NCBI RefSeq assembly: GCF_018977255.1
Contig: NW_024704743.1
Span: 81,036,001 to 81,100,000 of the forward strand
DNA length: 64,000 nt
Reading direction: 5' to 3'
From: Callorhinchus milii
Taxonomy: Eukaryota
Shown: piece by piece, positions 1 through 13,989 of the stretch
Position numbering within the stretch: the first letter of the stretch is position 1
Layout of the letters: each line of letters opens with the position of its first letter
Position numbers and translations under genes: made by a program
The notes under the pieces: model-generated
Told to the model about the DNA's origin: nothing
What the model saw: only the letters and a program-made list of their open reading frames with translations
Databases searched by the model: none

Positions 1-1303
1 TTGAAACAATCAATGAATACAAAAACAAAGTGTGTAGCATTTAATCCCACATACATGCAGGTCTTCTTATAGCCCAATTTTGCTAATGCACAGCACAGAC
101 AATTGAGTTGCTTTCTGAAAGAAATATCATTCAATCCAGTTTCTTAACTCAAGGCACCCGATGTCTCTTGGCTTCAAAAATGCAACTTGTAAATAAACTT
201 CAAAATAAGCAAGCAATTTCTAATTTTAACAAAAATCTATTATGCATGCTAAACATCTCCAAATAATACAAGTTTATTTTTTGGCCAGTACAAATGAGTT
301 TTAGCTCCAATTATTTGCAACCAAACATTTGGGCTTAACACTGAATTTGGCCTAAGGCCCAAACAATTTAACATCAAAATGAGTATCCAGAGTTTGGAAA
401 CTTAACACACAGATATCCATGATATTGTGTTGATCTGCAGTCAGCCAGGAAAACCCTGCTGAAGTCTATCCACTTTATAGAGGCTAACATAGGCTGAATG
501 CTAAAAAATAAGTGATCACTTAAAGTGAAGAATATTATAAAAACGTGCCCAATGACCGCTATTCTTTAGCAATCAACAACACCCTGCATTTATATACAGC
601 AGTGCCTTTCATGCAGGGTAGATTTTTGCAGTGCTACAAATGAGCTTAAGAAAGACTCCTATATTACTGCCTCTTTTATCCTCTCTCTTCTCCCCCTTTC
701 CTCAGACTCAGTGACTGTTTTATTTAAAGGCACAGTGAGTTCTAACTATATAGTTTTCCGATCCAAATTACTAATGTAAAAGGATAAGTTGTTATAAATC
801 ATGAAGAATGTATCAACTTGTTTTGGATAAAGTTCATTTTTTTCCTGGACAACAATTAAACCTTTTACACTGGTTGTTCTGACTGCACAGATCAGGTTGT
901 TCGAAGTCATTTTGTATTTTTTTTAAAAAAGCACATTTTTAAAATGAAAGGAATACTGGAGGATATAACCTTATAATGGGTTTATCCTTGAATTTTCATT
1001 TTAAAAAACAGATTTTCAAGATTTTTATAAATCTATTGCCATGTGGAGGCTGGTCTCGCGTATCTCAGTCACAGAATGCCCACAGCTGACATGTTTGCCT
1101 TGGGGTAAATGAACAACAAAATGAAGCAAAATGTGAGCTTTGTGGAGCCCTCGCACCAACCATTCAGATAATTTTATGTTCTTTACAACGTAAAATTATG
1201 ACGTGCACAGTAAGTATTCGTTTTTGAATTTTTGAATGAGTTATCGCCAATTAAAGGAGATTCACTGCTTGATTTGCACTGTTATATATTGAAAAATAGT
1301 TAC

Positions 1304-1369
1304 CTTTCATTATCTGGCAGGCTCAACCATTGAAGTATTGTAAATATCCTTCGCTCATAGGGAATGACA
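1304..1369 (-). CDS. ENPP2: ENPP2/autotaxin coding exon 10 (PDE domain), (V)VIPYERRIFTILQWLSLPDNE(R); gene continues beyond the window start
   Basis: 66 bp, acceptor ttgcag and donor GTAACT, phase 2->2. Peptide matches mammalian ATX VIPHERRILTILQWLTLPDHER. Confidence 0.96.
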
Positions 1370-2063
1370 CTGCAACAAAAAAAAACACCAGGTTTAATAA
1401 ATTGCATGTTGTGTATTACAAATAACACCTTTAAAATAACTACATTGATACATCCACATTCAATGTCTGCAATGAACTGCAGCTACATTTTAAAGTTCTG
1501 AACAGTTTAGCTATGGGCAGACAGTTTTCCATTGCCTGACATTAGGGTCCAACTTGCAACCTTTCCGAAAGGGTTGGTAACAGTGAATCATGCCTGTGTG
1601 TGAGGCAACTGGGCGTTGAGAGAACAGGAGTACTTGAGGATAACCAGCACAATGGAGCCCCTCACCAGTAAGAGGAGACCAAAGAGGTATTTGACAGTGG
1701 GAAGACAATTACAAAAAAGAAATAGATGCACTAAATGGAATTTTTTTTTCTAATATTAAGCAGTGTGCGTTATAAAAGCAAGTGCTAGCAAAAGTGTTTA
1801 TGAAAGATCAGCAGGACACCAAAGTACATATATGCAATTAACATTGGCATAAAATACAACAACCTGTATTTATATCTCACACTTCATGTGTGTTAGCGTC
1901 TCAGAGCGCTTAACAAGAAAGTAAATGAATAAGAGAACAGAGGCAATAAAGCCAGCTATAGTGCCATACTTTGAAAAAGGCAATCTACAAACTAAATTAA
2001 TCAAAGGCTTGGCACACTCACCCTGTGAGTATTGAAAGAGAATAAACAAAGATGTTGACTTAC

Positions 2064-2119
2064 ACAGGCCAGAAGAACGTGCCAGCCTTCAATGCTTGGC
2101 TGGTAGCAGTTACCCAGAT
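2064..2119 (-). CDS. ENPP2: ENPP2 coding exon 9, IWVTATSQALKAGTFFWP(V)
   Basis: 56 bp, AG/GTAAGT boundaries, phase 0->2. Matches ATX LWITATKQGVKAGTFFWSV. Confidence 0.96.
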
Positions 2120-4961
2120 CTTGAATAAAAAGGGAGAAAAAAAAATGAAATTGTACAGAACAGACACGTCACCAAAGCTACTAAAATTATAAGCGATTTT
2201 TCGGGCAAGGAAATCAACAATTTGTGTCAAGACTTTAATGCAGGCTAATGTCATCCAAAGTTATTCCAATAAGTTATACAATACTTCAAAATGGGACATT
2301 GGCCCTCACAGTTCGTGGCACCACTCGATCTCTCATTCTTTCAAGTCGTCTGCCAAAGTTTTTTTTGTTAGCGTCTATCAGACTCGAAAAAGCCTCCCAC
2401 CATTTAACTTATTTTGACAAAAAATCTACAAAATAATAGATGTGAGGTTAAATGAATACTTCATCTTATGGTGACAGGTTATTTCATGGTTCATGACAAT
2501 AACAATATGATCAGAACCACTCAACTAAAATGCTGCCTTGTAATGTGCAGTCACCCATCTATTGTCCTATATTTATATAATTACAAGATTTGTACCACAT
2601 TTAAACAGATTTAGATAAATACTCATATTGCTTAATAGAATAAGATTTCAAAGAATATTCTGTTTCAGAAATGTGTATTTGTACGCTGTTCTGAAGGTGT
2701 TGAGGAATCCTGCCTTGCCACCCTGCTACAGCACCTTTTATTATAGGGTGGTTTGTTTATGTCATTGCAGTGTAGACCCCATTTATTGTGAACGTGCACA
2801 GCTTTCCCGCTTGCCAGGCGGCTCTCAGCTAAGATCGCTAACTTCCAGGTGATTAAGTCACCACTGATATCGCTTCCTGTTCTCTGAGCACCTGAGGTAA
2901 ATATGGCTGATATGTAGGTCATCGGGTCACTGCAATGCTTGGGTCATTCCTATGTTTGTCGAGCACAGCACATGAGAAGTGGCATTGGTTGTGCTGTGAC
3001 CCACTGACCATTGATAGAAAGTATCTTGTTGGCTTTGCACGTGCACCATTAAACTGCTTATTTTCAGATTCCCAACCACCACATTACAATGGAGCTCGAT
3101 GTGTTTGATATCTGCATGTGAGCATTGCTATCTCGGACACTACAAATCACCCAAGTAAATCCACTTTCTGCACTATATAAATATATATTATATATATAGA
3201 GAGAGAGAGAGAAAGGAGAGAGAGAGAGAGAGAAAGTCAGATAAATAAAAAGAAGGAAACATGGGCACTATTAAGCCTTAATTTATATCATTTTGCATCA
3301 TAAGGGGAGGGCCTGCTGAGTCATATTTCAAAACATCATGAATGACAAACGAGAACAAAAAGTTTCTGAAAGATAAAATACTACCACTAGGGAGTTTTTT
3401 TAAAAAAAGTCTAAGACCTCTTCCTGCTGAGAAGTGAAGAGTCAAAATCAGTCATCTCTTGTTACACACTAGGGAACATCATAGGAGGTCGGTAGTTTCC
3501 TCCATGTCCTGACAGAAATAAAACAAGTACAGTGTACTATATTCCCTTATTGCCCTGGCTGTTGTTAACAGGAGCAATACTGCGCCTGTTTTGAACATTG
3601 TAAATGATATGAATTAAATAATCTGTCAAAATCACAAGCAGAACGTGGTTTGATGGAGCTTCAATGAAAGACACTGAAATAGAAATAGAAATCACAGCTA
3701 ACATAGTCAAACTGAAGTTTCTCAAAAATGAAGCAATGCAATAAAAGCTGCAGTATTCTTAAACACGTTTTGTTCCTTATTTAAGAAATAAGGTTAAAAT
3801 TTGTTTTAAAATCCATCTAACCACCCCTGCCACACCCGATCTTAGAGAAATTGAAGCACATGAAATATGAACTTAAATTCCAGTCAGCATCTTTGGTGGC
3901 CCTTGATTATAATGGGAGGTTTCCCATTAGCAGTGTCATCATAGTAATAATAATAATAATTCTAGCATTTGATATAGAGCCTTATCATGTCGTCAAGACG
4001 TCTCAAAGTGGTTTATGGAAAATACTGTAAAATGCATTGACTATATATTTTTGTGGGCAAAACACATAACGTTATGCATAACACCGACCAGAATTTCAGC
4101 CCAATTGTCTGAAAATGACTGGAACCATCATCTTGACTTCCATTGCCATAGAAATGTGTCTTTGTGAGGTTTTCAGGGAATCTGAGCTAGCGGAGTGGAT
4201 CCCATCAATAAGACCAGAGAGGTAGTTTTTTCCATGCTTGCAAATGGCAAACCAAGCCCACTGAAATATCAGGGCCCAACTTGTGCTTATATATTAATAG
4301 GTTTTGCATATTTAGCTTCCATAACTCGCTAACATTCACCATCTATGCCCATTCACACACACAGTTTGCATGTAATAAACAGATTAATGCCAACTCTCAC
4401 AATTGTAAATCTTAATTCGCAAATAGTTTCTCTGAAAGAGAACAACATAATAAATCACTCTGAACAAGCAGAGAAGATTGCTTTAAGTGCATTAGAAGTT
4501 AGCTTAATGTTAACAGGAAAAAGTTTCCCAATCTTTATTTTGAAGTCAACCAGTGTTTGACACGCACAGAAATTCAGCACATGTTTGGTTTCCATTTTCT
4601 GGTATGGAGTGGGTATTCTCCTGGGGGGATGTATCTTGCTCACCTAATACTGGAGAGTTTAGGTGCTGGTTGACAAGAGTCAAGGCTTGGAGACCCCAGA
4701 GTGCGTGTAGGGGTATTGCTGGAGTTTCACCAGCTACAAAACCCAGCTTGCAATTATAAATTATGAATCAAGATCTTCACACAACCTGACAATGGTTCAA
4801 ACAAGTTATTTCTTTTACATTTCCTTAATTTGGTTATGAACTGCTAACAAGGACATTTTTTTGTTGCTGGAAGATAACAGTAGACAGCAATTAGGAGACT
4901 AACTATACAGAATTGCGCTGCTCTGCTGGTAGAGTTCCAAAATAAGCTGTTCAAAACTTAC

Positions 4962-5081
4962 CGGTTGTCCACCCCACCATCGAGGGTTGAATTTTTCTCT
5001 ACCTCGAAGACTGAAGTTGGCATCAAACACAGGGTCATGCATCAAATTGCCAACAATGCCATGTGATTCAGGATAAAGTCC
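4962..5081 (-). CDS. ENPP2: ENPP2 coding exon 8, [40 protein letters not shown]
   Basis: 120 bp, AG/GTAAGT, phase 0->0. Carries the ENPP hallmark motifs [12 protein letters not shown] and WWGGQP. Confidence 0.98.
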
Positions 5082-5899
5082 CTTTGTACAAAGAACCAAA
5101 ACAAACTGATTAGACATGGCCTTTATCTGTCAGAAAGTTCACAAGCATTCATAATGTTCAAAACATTTTTGTATGTGGACTAGATTTCGATTTTAAAAAA
5201 GTGCAAAAAAATTTGGATTTCTAATTTCTTTCACGATAGGAAAAGCAGGGGAAAAATAACAAATATTTGTTTTAGCTTGAAAGGAAACAAGTTTTGAGAA
5301 GGTTCAGCTTTCCAGGCATCATCATGTTTTCTCTTATTTCCACTTGCTCTATATTACCCTCATAAACTAATTCCTACAGGCTTCACATAAAATGTGCTGA
5401 AATGGGCAACTTGGGGAGAAAAACGTTATTGACATAGCATTACAAAAACACTAATGCCATTAATGAACTTCTATACACTTCCTTTTCCTAATCCGAAACA
5501 GGCTTGCTACTATTTCAGCACATTTAAAGACTTTATTTATCCAGAAATTGGTTCAAATCGGGGTCCTGATTGCAGTGCTCAACAAATAGAGAAAAAATAA
5601 ATGGAGGCGAAAAGAGACCCCGTGCAATTTTCAGTCAGTCGACTTTTTCATTACTTTGCCATCTGTTTTAGTTTGCAGATGGTTGGGCGATATGGAAACA
5701 TACAATTTTATTTCAAGAAAAATCTGAACTAACACAAAAAAAATCTAGGCCGATGCTCTGAAAGTCCCCATTATTATTTTTTCCCTCCACCAATTTTATC
5801 CTTTTATTCCATTTCGGCTGAAGCTAATATCTCACTCTGCAGCACCGTCCTACATACAATACAAAACTACATTTGTATAGCACCTTTCACATGAAAGGG

Positions 5900-6215
5900 T
5901 ACATGTGCCATCAGTTTGCTAGAACGGCGATGTCCCATGATTCAGCCCACACAGTAAGTGTCAGCATGCCAGGCGCTATCAAAGTCCAGCCTGTCCCTGA
6001 CATCCACAGTGTTGCTCTTTTAACTGGGATCACTGTTTCACGATCAGGGGAAAGGCTGTGTTTTGCTTCCTTTCCATAGCGTATGGATACTGAGGCCTCT
6101 GGTGAACTGACTGAGATTGGCTAGCTCAGCACAGACCAGTGATCAAAGGCAAAACTTTCCTGCACTGTGTGGCCCAATGCTACAAACATGCAGTGCATTT
6201 ATGTGTTAAGCTGTC
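5900..6215 (-). mobile_element. Ancient tRNA-derived SINE, AmnSINE2-like
   Basis: Minus strand reads ...ctggtctgtgctgagctagccaatctcag...; the same core recurs at 26230, 41790, 53930, 54860 and 60100. Family name recalled. Confidence 0.6.
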
Positions 6216-6558
6216 CTTATTTCTTATATTGTACCCTAAGAATAATTCAAAGGAACAGGTAACGTCACGCATAAAAAATGTGCATATATATTATATACAT
6301 ATAATTTGTAAGTAATTCTAACAGATAGAATTGTTCTATTCATTCCTGCTATGAATCATGCTTTGCTGTTCATTCCAAACTTCTGCAGAGAACTGGGACC
6401 CCGTGCATCTTTGGACATGATAGCGACACACTCCACACATATACGTAACAAATTTTGCTTGAATTGAAACCTTTTAATAAACTAATGAAAGAGCAATATT
6501 TTTTTCATTAGAATTCGTGGAACAGAAGCAGCACATTCTACAGAAATGGCACACTCAC

Positions 6559-6638
6559 AGTAGCAAGGGTGTACATGTTGGGAAAGGTTTTTGTTGGATA
6601 AACTGGCCTCATGTAAGGAGCATGACTTCCACACGATC
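6559..6638 (-). CDS. ENPP2: ENPP2 coding exon 7, (R)[26 protein letters not shown], containing the catalytic Thr
   Basis: 80 bp, ttttag/GTGAGT, phase 1->0. The PTKTFPN nucleophile motif is intact. Confidence 0.98.
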
Positions 6639-8254
6639 CTAAAAACAAAAGCAGCTGTTACCATCTGGAAAGAAGCAAGAGTACTGCAACATCAACAAAA
6701 TGATAATTATATTTAAATAAAACACTAAAATGTATGCTGTGAAATACTACTGAGTATATCTTAGATTTGATAACATGATTCTGTGAAATTATTAACTGGC
6801 AGGGCAAATATTTAGTTAGGTTTGAAACTACTCAGTGTTTGGGTTTATTTTTCCAATCACTGTGCAATGTTATTGCAGATTTGGATGAAAGCAAGATTTG
6901 TAGGATTAGCCTTGCACTAAATGTACATCTGGAATTCATTACACTAACATTACTTGTTAGTGTTTCCATGTATAACTCGAACCTGGCAAGAGCAGGATAC
7001 AAGCTGAACAATGACAGTACCAGATTAAGTAATTAAAAGGTAAGACAAGGTATTGTATTAACTACAGGAAATAAATAATGTCTTCCTGTATATGTTTCAT
7101 AAAGGTCACTGTGTCTGCAATATCCATGTTAATTCTGTAATGTTTCAAAACATTTTATCAAATAGTTTTATGTTATGTAACAAATGAAAATGTCAAAACG
7201 TATTTCTGCACTGCCAAAAACAGAAGGTTCTATCTTTCTCCCACTGCTTGTGTTATTTTAAGGTTCTCAAAGAGATCATCGTGGTTTGATTCAAAGCGTG
7301 GATTTATTTAACTCAATCAGTGAGTGTGACATTATTTTGTATGAATCAAACAAAGCTGGAAATAAGGACAAGGAGGTTGACTCTGCTGTCAGGAAACTTT
7401 CAACATTTTCTATGGGAACTGGCCTAACTAGTTGGTCACTTTGGAAGGGAAAGTGTTAATGAAAGGGGGAAGATGAGTTTGGGGAAACTTTTTACCTTCG
7501 TATGGGTCGCACAACATTGGGTTTGAAACATTACCTACTCCTGAAAAGTAATCAGCGCCAAAGCACTTCCCTTTGAAGTGAGAAAGAGGACACGCATAAT
7601 TGAAACAGATGTGAAATTGAAGTGCTCCACTGAGGGTAACCAAAGGGAGTTCGACAAAGAACATGTCTGCTTGTAGGGATTGAATTCCACACAGTTGCTC
7701 CCTGCCAAAGGGTTCAGATTGGTGCATGCACAGACTGAAGTGCAGAACTTAATATTGTCTGGTACAAGCCCCCAGTCGGGATCCTCCTTTTGGAAGCTAG
7801 AAGAAAGTTTCTTCCTTTAATAAGACTCCACAAAGGTGCCTTTGAGCTCTTGATTATTTTTCATAAAAGAGGAACAAGAGGGAAGACCATTTAAAGCAAC
7901 CCTCCCCACCAACATCCTCCCTCCCCCACCACACACACACACAGACGTTTCCTTTTAAAGATGATTTACACGTTATAGAGAATTAAAAGCACAAATAGGG
8001 ATGGCTTCCGGAATATAAAGTGAATCCCAGTTTTAAATATACACCATTCATGGTGCTGAAGTCACTTTGATCCACAGAATATTCATTCATTTCAGATTTT
8101 TCAAGCAATCTGAGATGCACAATACATTGAATTATTACCGCTTACTTCTGCTTAAAGAGATTTAGCTTCAAGATTCATCTGAAGTAACTGACTGAGCAAT
8201 ATCAGAACAAAAATCAATAGTCTGATAAATATTTCTTAGGTAAGAGAATCAAGC

Positions 8255-8362
8255 GACATGGAAAAATGGGGAGAAAATGGAGTTGACTACAATTCAGCCA
8301 TGATCTAATAAAATAGTGGAACAGGCTTAAGAGGCTGAATGACCTACTCCTTTTCCTATGAT
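8255..8362 (+). mobile_element. CR1 LINE 3' tail fragment
   Basis: Ends gaacaggcttaagaggctgaatgacctactccttttcctatg, a typical chondrichthyan CR1 3' terminus. Confidence 0.65.
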
Positions 8363-8498
8363 TTACAAAGCTCATCTAAATAAGAAACACACAGTTCAGT
8401 GCACCAAAAACCTGAATTACTTTTCTGAAACAATTTTTTTTAATTAAGTTCATTCAAATCAAGTTACTCCAATTCATCCAGACTCTGATTACTCATCA

Positions 8499-8690
<192 letters not shown>

Positions 8691-9163
8691 TTATTTTTCA
8701 ATTATTTAGCAAATGCAAAGACTTAAATCAATTCCTGTCCAGCTGATCTAAAAAATATTAGTAATAATGATGCAAAGACGATGCCTTATTTACTCAAATC
8801 TAAGGCACTCCCAAACTCTAAACAGCAAGTATAATAATCCGTAAATAATCCTTGTATTTTATTTTTCACCTTTTACATCAGGAGAACCTCTCAAAGCGTT
8901 TCACAAGATTTACTGAAAGTGTAGTGACTGTGTACTTGCAGGGGAACGCAAGCAAGGTACATTTTTTAGAGGATTTGGGGAAAAAAGGAACTTTACTGCA
9001 ATTCTATGCACCATAGATTCTGAGTCCAGATTTTTAGAAGCGCTTTTTCAATGGGAAAACCTATGCTTTAGATTTGAATGAATATATTACTCTGCTGCAA
9101 CAGGTATAAAAGTACCAAGATCTTTGTAACCACTGCAGACCCCAATATTAACATTGTAGTTAC

Positions 9164-9224
9164 CCTGCCGGACAATCTGGGACTCTCAAGTCTTCACACT
9201 CGTCATCCAACCAGCGTGTCTCCC
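9164..9224 (-). CDS. ENPP2: ENPP2 coding exon 5, (G)ETRWLDDECEDLRVPDCPA(G)
   Basis: 61 bp, AG/GTAACT, phase 1->2. Matches ATX ESHWVDDDCEEIKAAECPAG. Confidence 0.95.
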
Positions 9225-9996
9225 CTTGTGGCAAGGATCAGCACATAATTAATAATCAAAGATTTGGATTACAGTACTGACATAATGAGAAAATATCTAA
9301 CATAATCTAAGATATATTTATATTAAATGTAAAATTTGGTTTTGAACATGGTTCAAAATACCACAGTTATGTGGCAACCTTTAAACACTTCCTATTCTAA
9401 CTGAAAATCTTGACGATCTGAACGAAAAATAATGGTACATTTCCTTGAAAATATGAATCACTTTAATAATGATTTTTTTAAAAAAAGTCCAACATTATAT
9501 TAGTTTTAATCTTCCAGAAAACCACAAAGGGACAAATTACCAAACCAGAGTCTAATAGATTCCATTAATGCTATCAGACACGCAATGCTAACATGCAAAC
9601 AGTGTCTAAAATTGATCATTAGAGGAAGGCAAGAATATAAAAATTGCAGTTACCATGACCACATTATAACTCTAAAGAAAAGTAAAAAGTTATGGATATG
9701 TTTAAAGAATATCAATTATAAAACCTTGTATGAAGATTTTCTCTATCCAAAGCAGTGGAACACTGGTTGAATTGATCACATCCCAATGAGGCATGATAAC
9801 CGGTTTCCCTGCAGATGTGCAGTGGACTGACTGCACACACACACACAAAATGGGATCCACACTGCAACTGTGTTATAACCAAATTCATGCTACAAAGAAG
9901 GGAACGGCAATGTCCACCTTCAACTCATCAATCTGTTCTGAATAATTAAATTCCATCTTCTAGAAACTCTAAATCTTCTTCTGTCTCTTAACTCAC

Positions 9997-10122
9997 CTTT
10001 GCACATAGCCATATAGTTGGTGCAGCAATCTTTCTTTGCCATGCAGTCTTCAGAGCAATGGCAAGCATGATCTTCATTTCGTGTTTCCCCACACCGTTCC
10101 TTGGTGCACTCCCATCCTCGAC
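9997..10122 (-). CDS. ENPP2: ENPP2 coding exon 4 (somatomedin-B domain 2), (G)[41 protein letters not shown]
   Basis: 126 bp, tttag/GTGAGT, phase 1->1. All 8 SMB cysteines are present. Confidence 0.98.
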
Positions 10123-11346
10123 CTAAAATATGTTTTATAGCAACATCATTACGTGATGGTAACAACCAGCTGAAGGGTAACCCTGATATGGTTTTACCAC
10201 CACGTTCACTAGAAGATTCTGGTTTTGTACATTGCACAGTGAATACATTCTACATATTATTATAAATTATTATAAATGGATAACGTTTAGCAAAAGCTTG
10301 AGTGACAGGCCCAGCATAACTATAGCAAGTTTATCTGATCAATATAATGGCAACAGAAATAATTCTTATTATGGATTGTATGACAAAAATAAATCAACTT
10401 CTAGCACGATATTTGTAAGCCAAATAATTGCTACTCATGTAGCTCTCATGCTCCCTGGCTGCTAGATTTAAAATAAAATTAATAAAAATTAATACTTTCA
10501 ATGAACTGCAGTCCAGCACAATTTGCAGCCTCAATGGATCAACTAATTTTAAAACATTATGGATGAGAAATTCCTCTTTCCATTAAGTGAATGACTTTGA
10601 CAATGTGTCCTTACCATGGGAAAATCCCATTATAAGTGGTCATTGCCAAAGCTGCTTCATTTGGTGACAAGACATATTTTGTACTGCATATAAGTCATAT
10701 GTTTATATTATATTCCCTGCTTATCTCCTTCTCAGTTACACATTTTTACTCAGCTAAAAAGGAAGCAAGCAACTTATTCCTAGACCTTTGCAAATGAACA
10801 GCTGATCTGAATTAGATCAGATTTTAGCCCTCTTGAACTGGCCACGAGCAGGTGTTCGGGAGTTAATAAGCAGGGACGGGCACTCCTAATTTTCTTTCTA
10901 TTTCCTTGCAAAATTCACGTCTTACCACTGAGGCACGGCACATTGGTAGACCCACACCCTATACCCGTCTACCATGATAGAGACTCAAAACACTGGCAAA
11001 CTAACAATTAGATGTTGCAAATTCCACCCACCAAAAGACAGATAGAAGACTTTTTCAGTTTGACCATCAATGGTATAAAACTGCCCATCAAAAGATGTGA
11101 TTCAGAACTCCCTGAATGCCACTGCCAAATCCCCAGTTTGATCTGATTTACTTATCTTAGCTAGAATTTGCTTCAGTGAATCAGGCATAAGACTTGGAAC
11201 ATCACATAAAGTTTTGCTCCTGGCTGCTGTCCATTGATCTCTGCTGAACAAGGTGTGAACTTGAGTGAGGAAAGGATAAGGCTCGACAGTGATGAAGACA
11301 CGATGACCAGCCATGTAGGTGAATAATTACCAGAGATCACCTGGTG

Positions 11347-11663
11347 TAATAATAATAATAATCCTTGCATTTGTTATAGCGCTTTTCACGTCTTAACGTC
11401 TCAAAGCGCTTCACAGAATATACTGTAAAGTGAATTGACTGTATATTTGTGGGCAAAACACGGCAGCCAATTGCGCACAGCAGTGTCCTACAAACAGTCG
11501 TGGATTGAGTGACCAAATTGTTATTTTTGTTGAAGGATTATTATCCCCAGAAAAACGATCCACCAATCGACTAACAACCAGGTTTCTACTTACTGCTAGG
11601 TAAACAGAGGTGTTTGGAGTAAAGAAACTTGCCCAATGTTTCGCCCTGCCAAGAATCGAACCC
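11347..11663 (-). mobile_element. tRNA-SINE of the dominant young family (long-core subfamily), 5'-truncated at the B box
   Basis: (TAA)n tail, shared body ccttgcatt...aaagcgcttcacagaatatactgtaaagtgaattgactg, and ggttcgattc B box. Many similar copies in the window. Confidence 0.9.
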
Positions 11664-12305
11664 ATAATAATGTATATTATGTATAATAAGGTGTAATGTA
11701 GAGTAATAATCCAGCATCAGTCAATTGTTTCAGTAGAACAGGAGAAAGGAGAAATAATGCCAGTACACTGCATGCTGTCCTATGCAATACTGTTCACAAC
11801 TGCAATCTTCAACCCATGGATTTCCTGACCTCACATGTTGTTTTGTGAGCAAGTGTTAAACAGTGACATGTGCTATCCAACAGGGTGGGAGAGGAAAATG
11901 ATCTAATGGACATCATTCGGCTTGAAAGAATCAAATTCCAGTGGGGATAAATCAGATGAAGAAAAAAAAGTATTTTTTCATCCTTGTCAACCAAACCAAG
12001 CACAAAAACATTAAACCAATTGGTAAAAGTAACTTGTGACTTCCTCATTGGCAGACAAGCCTCCAACTGGATCAGGTGTTTGATTCCCCAAGCTCACCGA
12101 CCATTATTTAATCACCACTATTCATGTGTGGGCATCACTGCTGCATTCCATTAAATTCCTTCCATTCACCAGCAGAGCCGAAGTGTCTCAAGCATAGTTT
12201 CATTGCGGTTATCATCAATTAGCTGATGGAATGCATACACCAGTTACTCAGAATAAATCTTATCTGGATGTGTTTTCTTCTCTGCTGAGTTACAATTTGT
12301 AGCAC

Positions 12306-12655
12306 ATTACTATCCCAAGTGATTACAACGTAAAAAAGAAGGAACGAGAGAAGATCAGAAAATATATTGGACTACAAGTTGAATGTGGATGTATGTGGTA
12401 GTATAAAACATAGTTCCTATTATCATGGATGCAACTGGGACTGTTAATAACACTATTTCAAATTGGCTTGATAAAATACCTGGTGTAGAAAATATCAATC
12501 TCTTGCAAAAAGTTGCTATTTTAGGAAGCTCAAACATACTAAGAAAAGTAACATCCAATCATATGTAACGTGGCAGTACTATTGTGTGACTGACTCATCA
12601 CTGAAAATCACTTAGAAATTACATTTACAGAGTGATTTACAATGTAATAGCATGA
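12306..12655 (+). mobile_element. R4/Dong-clade non-LTR retrotransposon 3' remnant (restriction-like endonuclease C-terminus)
   Basis: Translates with one stop and one frameshift as ITIPSDYNVKKKEREKIRKYIGLQVECGCMW*...IVPIIMDATGTVNNTISNWLDKIPGVENINLLQKVAILGSSNILRKV. Confidence 0.8.
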
Positions 12656-12935
12656 TAATAACAATAATAACAATAACATCAATAATAATGATCCTTGCAT
12701 TTGATATAATGTCTTATCACATTGAAATATCTCAAAACACTCCATAGGCTTTAATGTAAAATGTAGTGATGTGCATTTGTGTATATACAAATAGCCATGA
12801 AGTGACAGACCATTGGCCAGGATACTGGGAGAAACTCCCATATCTTTGTTAATTGGATTGTTTTGATTGATCCCATGGGATCTTTAATAAACACCTACTC
12901 AGGCAAATGGGACTTAAGTTTAGCATCTTAATTTG
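12656..12935 (-). mobile_element. Degenerate Deu-domain SINE (SacSINE1-like)
   Basis: (TAA)-type tail plus ggccaggatactgggagaaactcc...ccatgggatcttt Deu core. Confidence 0.75.
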
Positions 12936-13839
12936 TTGTTGTTGTTATCCACAGGATGAATTTCCAACAATGCATTTCTCCATAAATATAACCTCCATAC
13001 ATAACTTCCAGCTCACATTTTACACAATTAAACTCATGCAAAGAGGGCAGGCAAGTTTATATATTTGACAAAGATAGGATTGGAACTTATCATTCCTTAT
13101 ATGGAAGTTCCACCCACACCTTCCCTTCCCCACCCACCTACTGCTAGAGATATTGTGCCCGTCAATCAAGCCTTTTTTATTTAACAAAAATTTTACTCGT
13201 AAAATGTTCACAGCGCATTACATCAAAATATATCAGCGCAACTATACAAAGGTTTAAATTTCCAAGCTAACTAGCTAACTCACCTGCCTGCCCTCTCAGT
13301 CGAGGAATGGGACGTGACAGGGAAGGAAGAGGGTAACCTAAAGAGGGGGAGAAAATAAGACTTACAGAAATGGGGAACAAAAATAAAAATGCACAGGGCT
13401 GTAAGTTTTTCTCTGAATATTTTGAGCCATACTAGGTCTGTTGCTTGAACATCTGTTCAAATGGCTGATACTACAGCAGTGTACTTTGTGTTCACTGCAC
13501 AGCGCTGAAGGAATGACACCAAGCAGAGGCCAGATGTCACCCCACAGGGAGGCAGGGGGTGAGGGGGGGGAAAGAAAATCAACCTTGGGCTGCCCTGGTA
13601 AATCCCTTAGCAGCCAGCTTCAGAACAGCATCAGCATGGCCTCGGGGCAGATCAACTCTGCCCAGTTTCTCAGTCACAGATGTGGAGTGGCACAATGAGA
13701 GCTCGGGAGCAAAAAAAGAAAAAATATCAAATGCAAGGATTATTAAAAAGAGTAACTACTTTCAAAAGTGGGGCGGAGGGGAGGGTGGGAGGAGTCTGAA
13801 CATACAACAAAAAAGCATGTTCTGCTCTGACTTTAGTAC

Positions 13840-13989
13840 CTGTCTTCAAACAAAGCTGATCAAAATCTAAACAGCAACTGTTATAACTTTTGCACAAATT
13901 GTCACAACGACAGTTGGGTGGCGTTGCCTCCTGCAGTTCAAAACATCTGCCCCGGCATGACCCAGCCGAAGAGGTGGCACGGGCTGAAT
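13840..13989 (-). CDS. ENPP2: ENPP2 coding exon 3 (somatomedin-B domain 1), (D)[49 protein letters not shown]
   Basis: 150 bp, ttctttcag/GTACTA, phase 1->1. SMB1 cysteine pattern as in ATX. Confidence 0.97.

Noticed and set aside
1..1303. ENPP2 exon 11 (PSVYAFYSEQPD-type peptide)
   Set aside because: Not found on the minus strand here; it presumably lies left of the window.
3418..3508. Possible poison exon in ENPP2 intron 8 (good acceptor ttgttttatttctgtcag, in-frame TGA after 9 codons)
   Set aside because: Only weak donors follow and there is no homology support. Such acceptors occur by chance; it needs RNA-seq.
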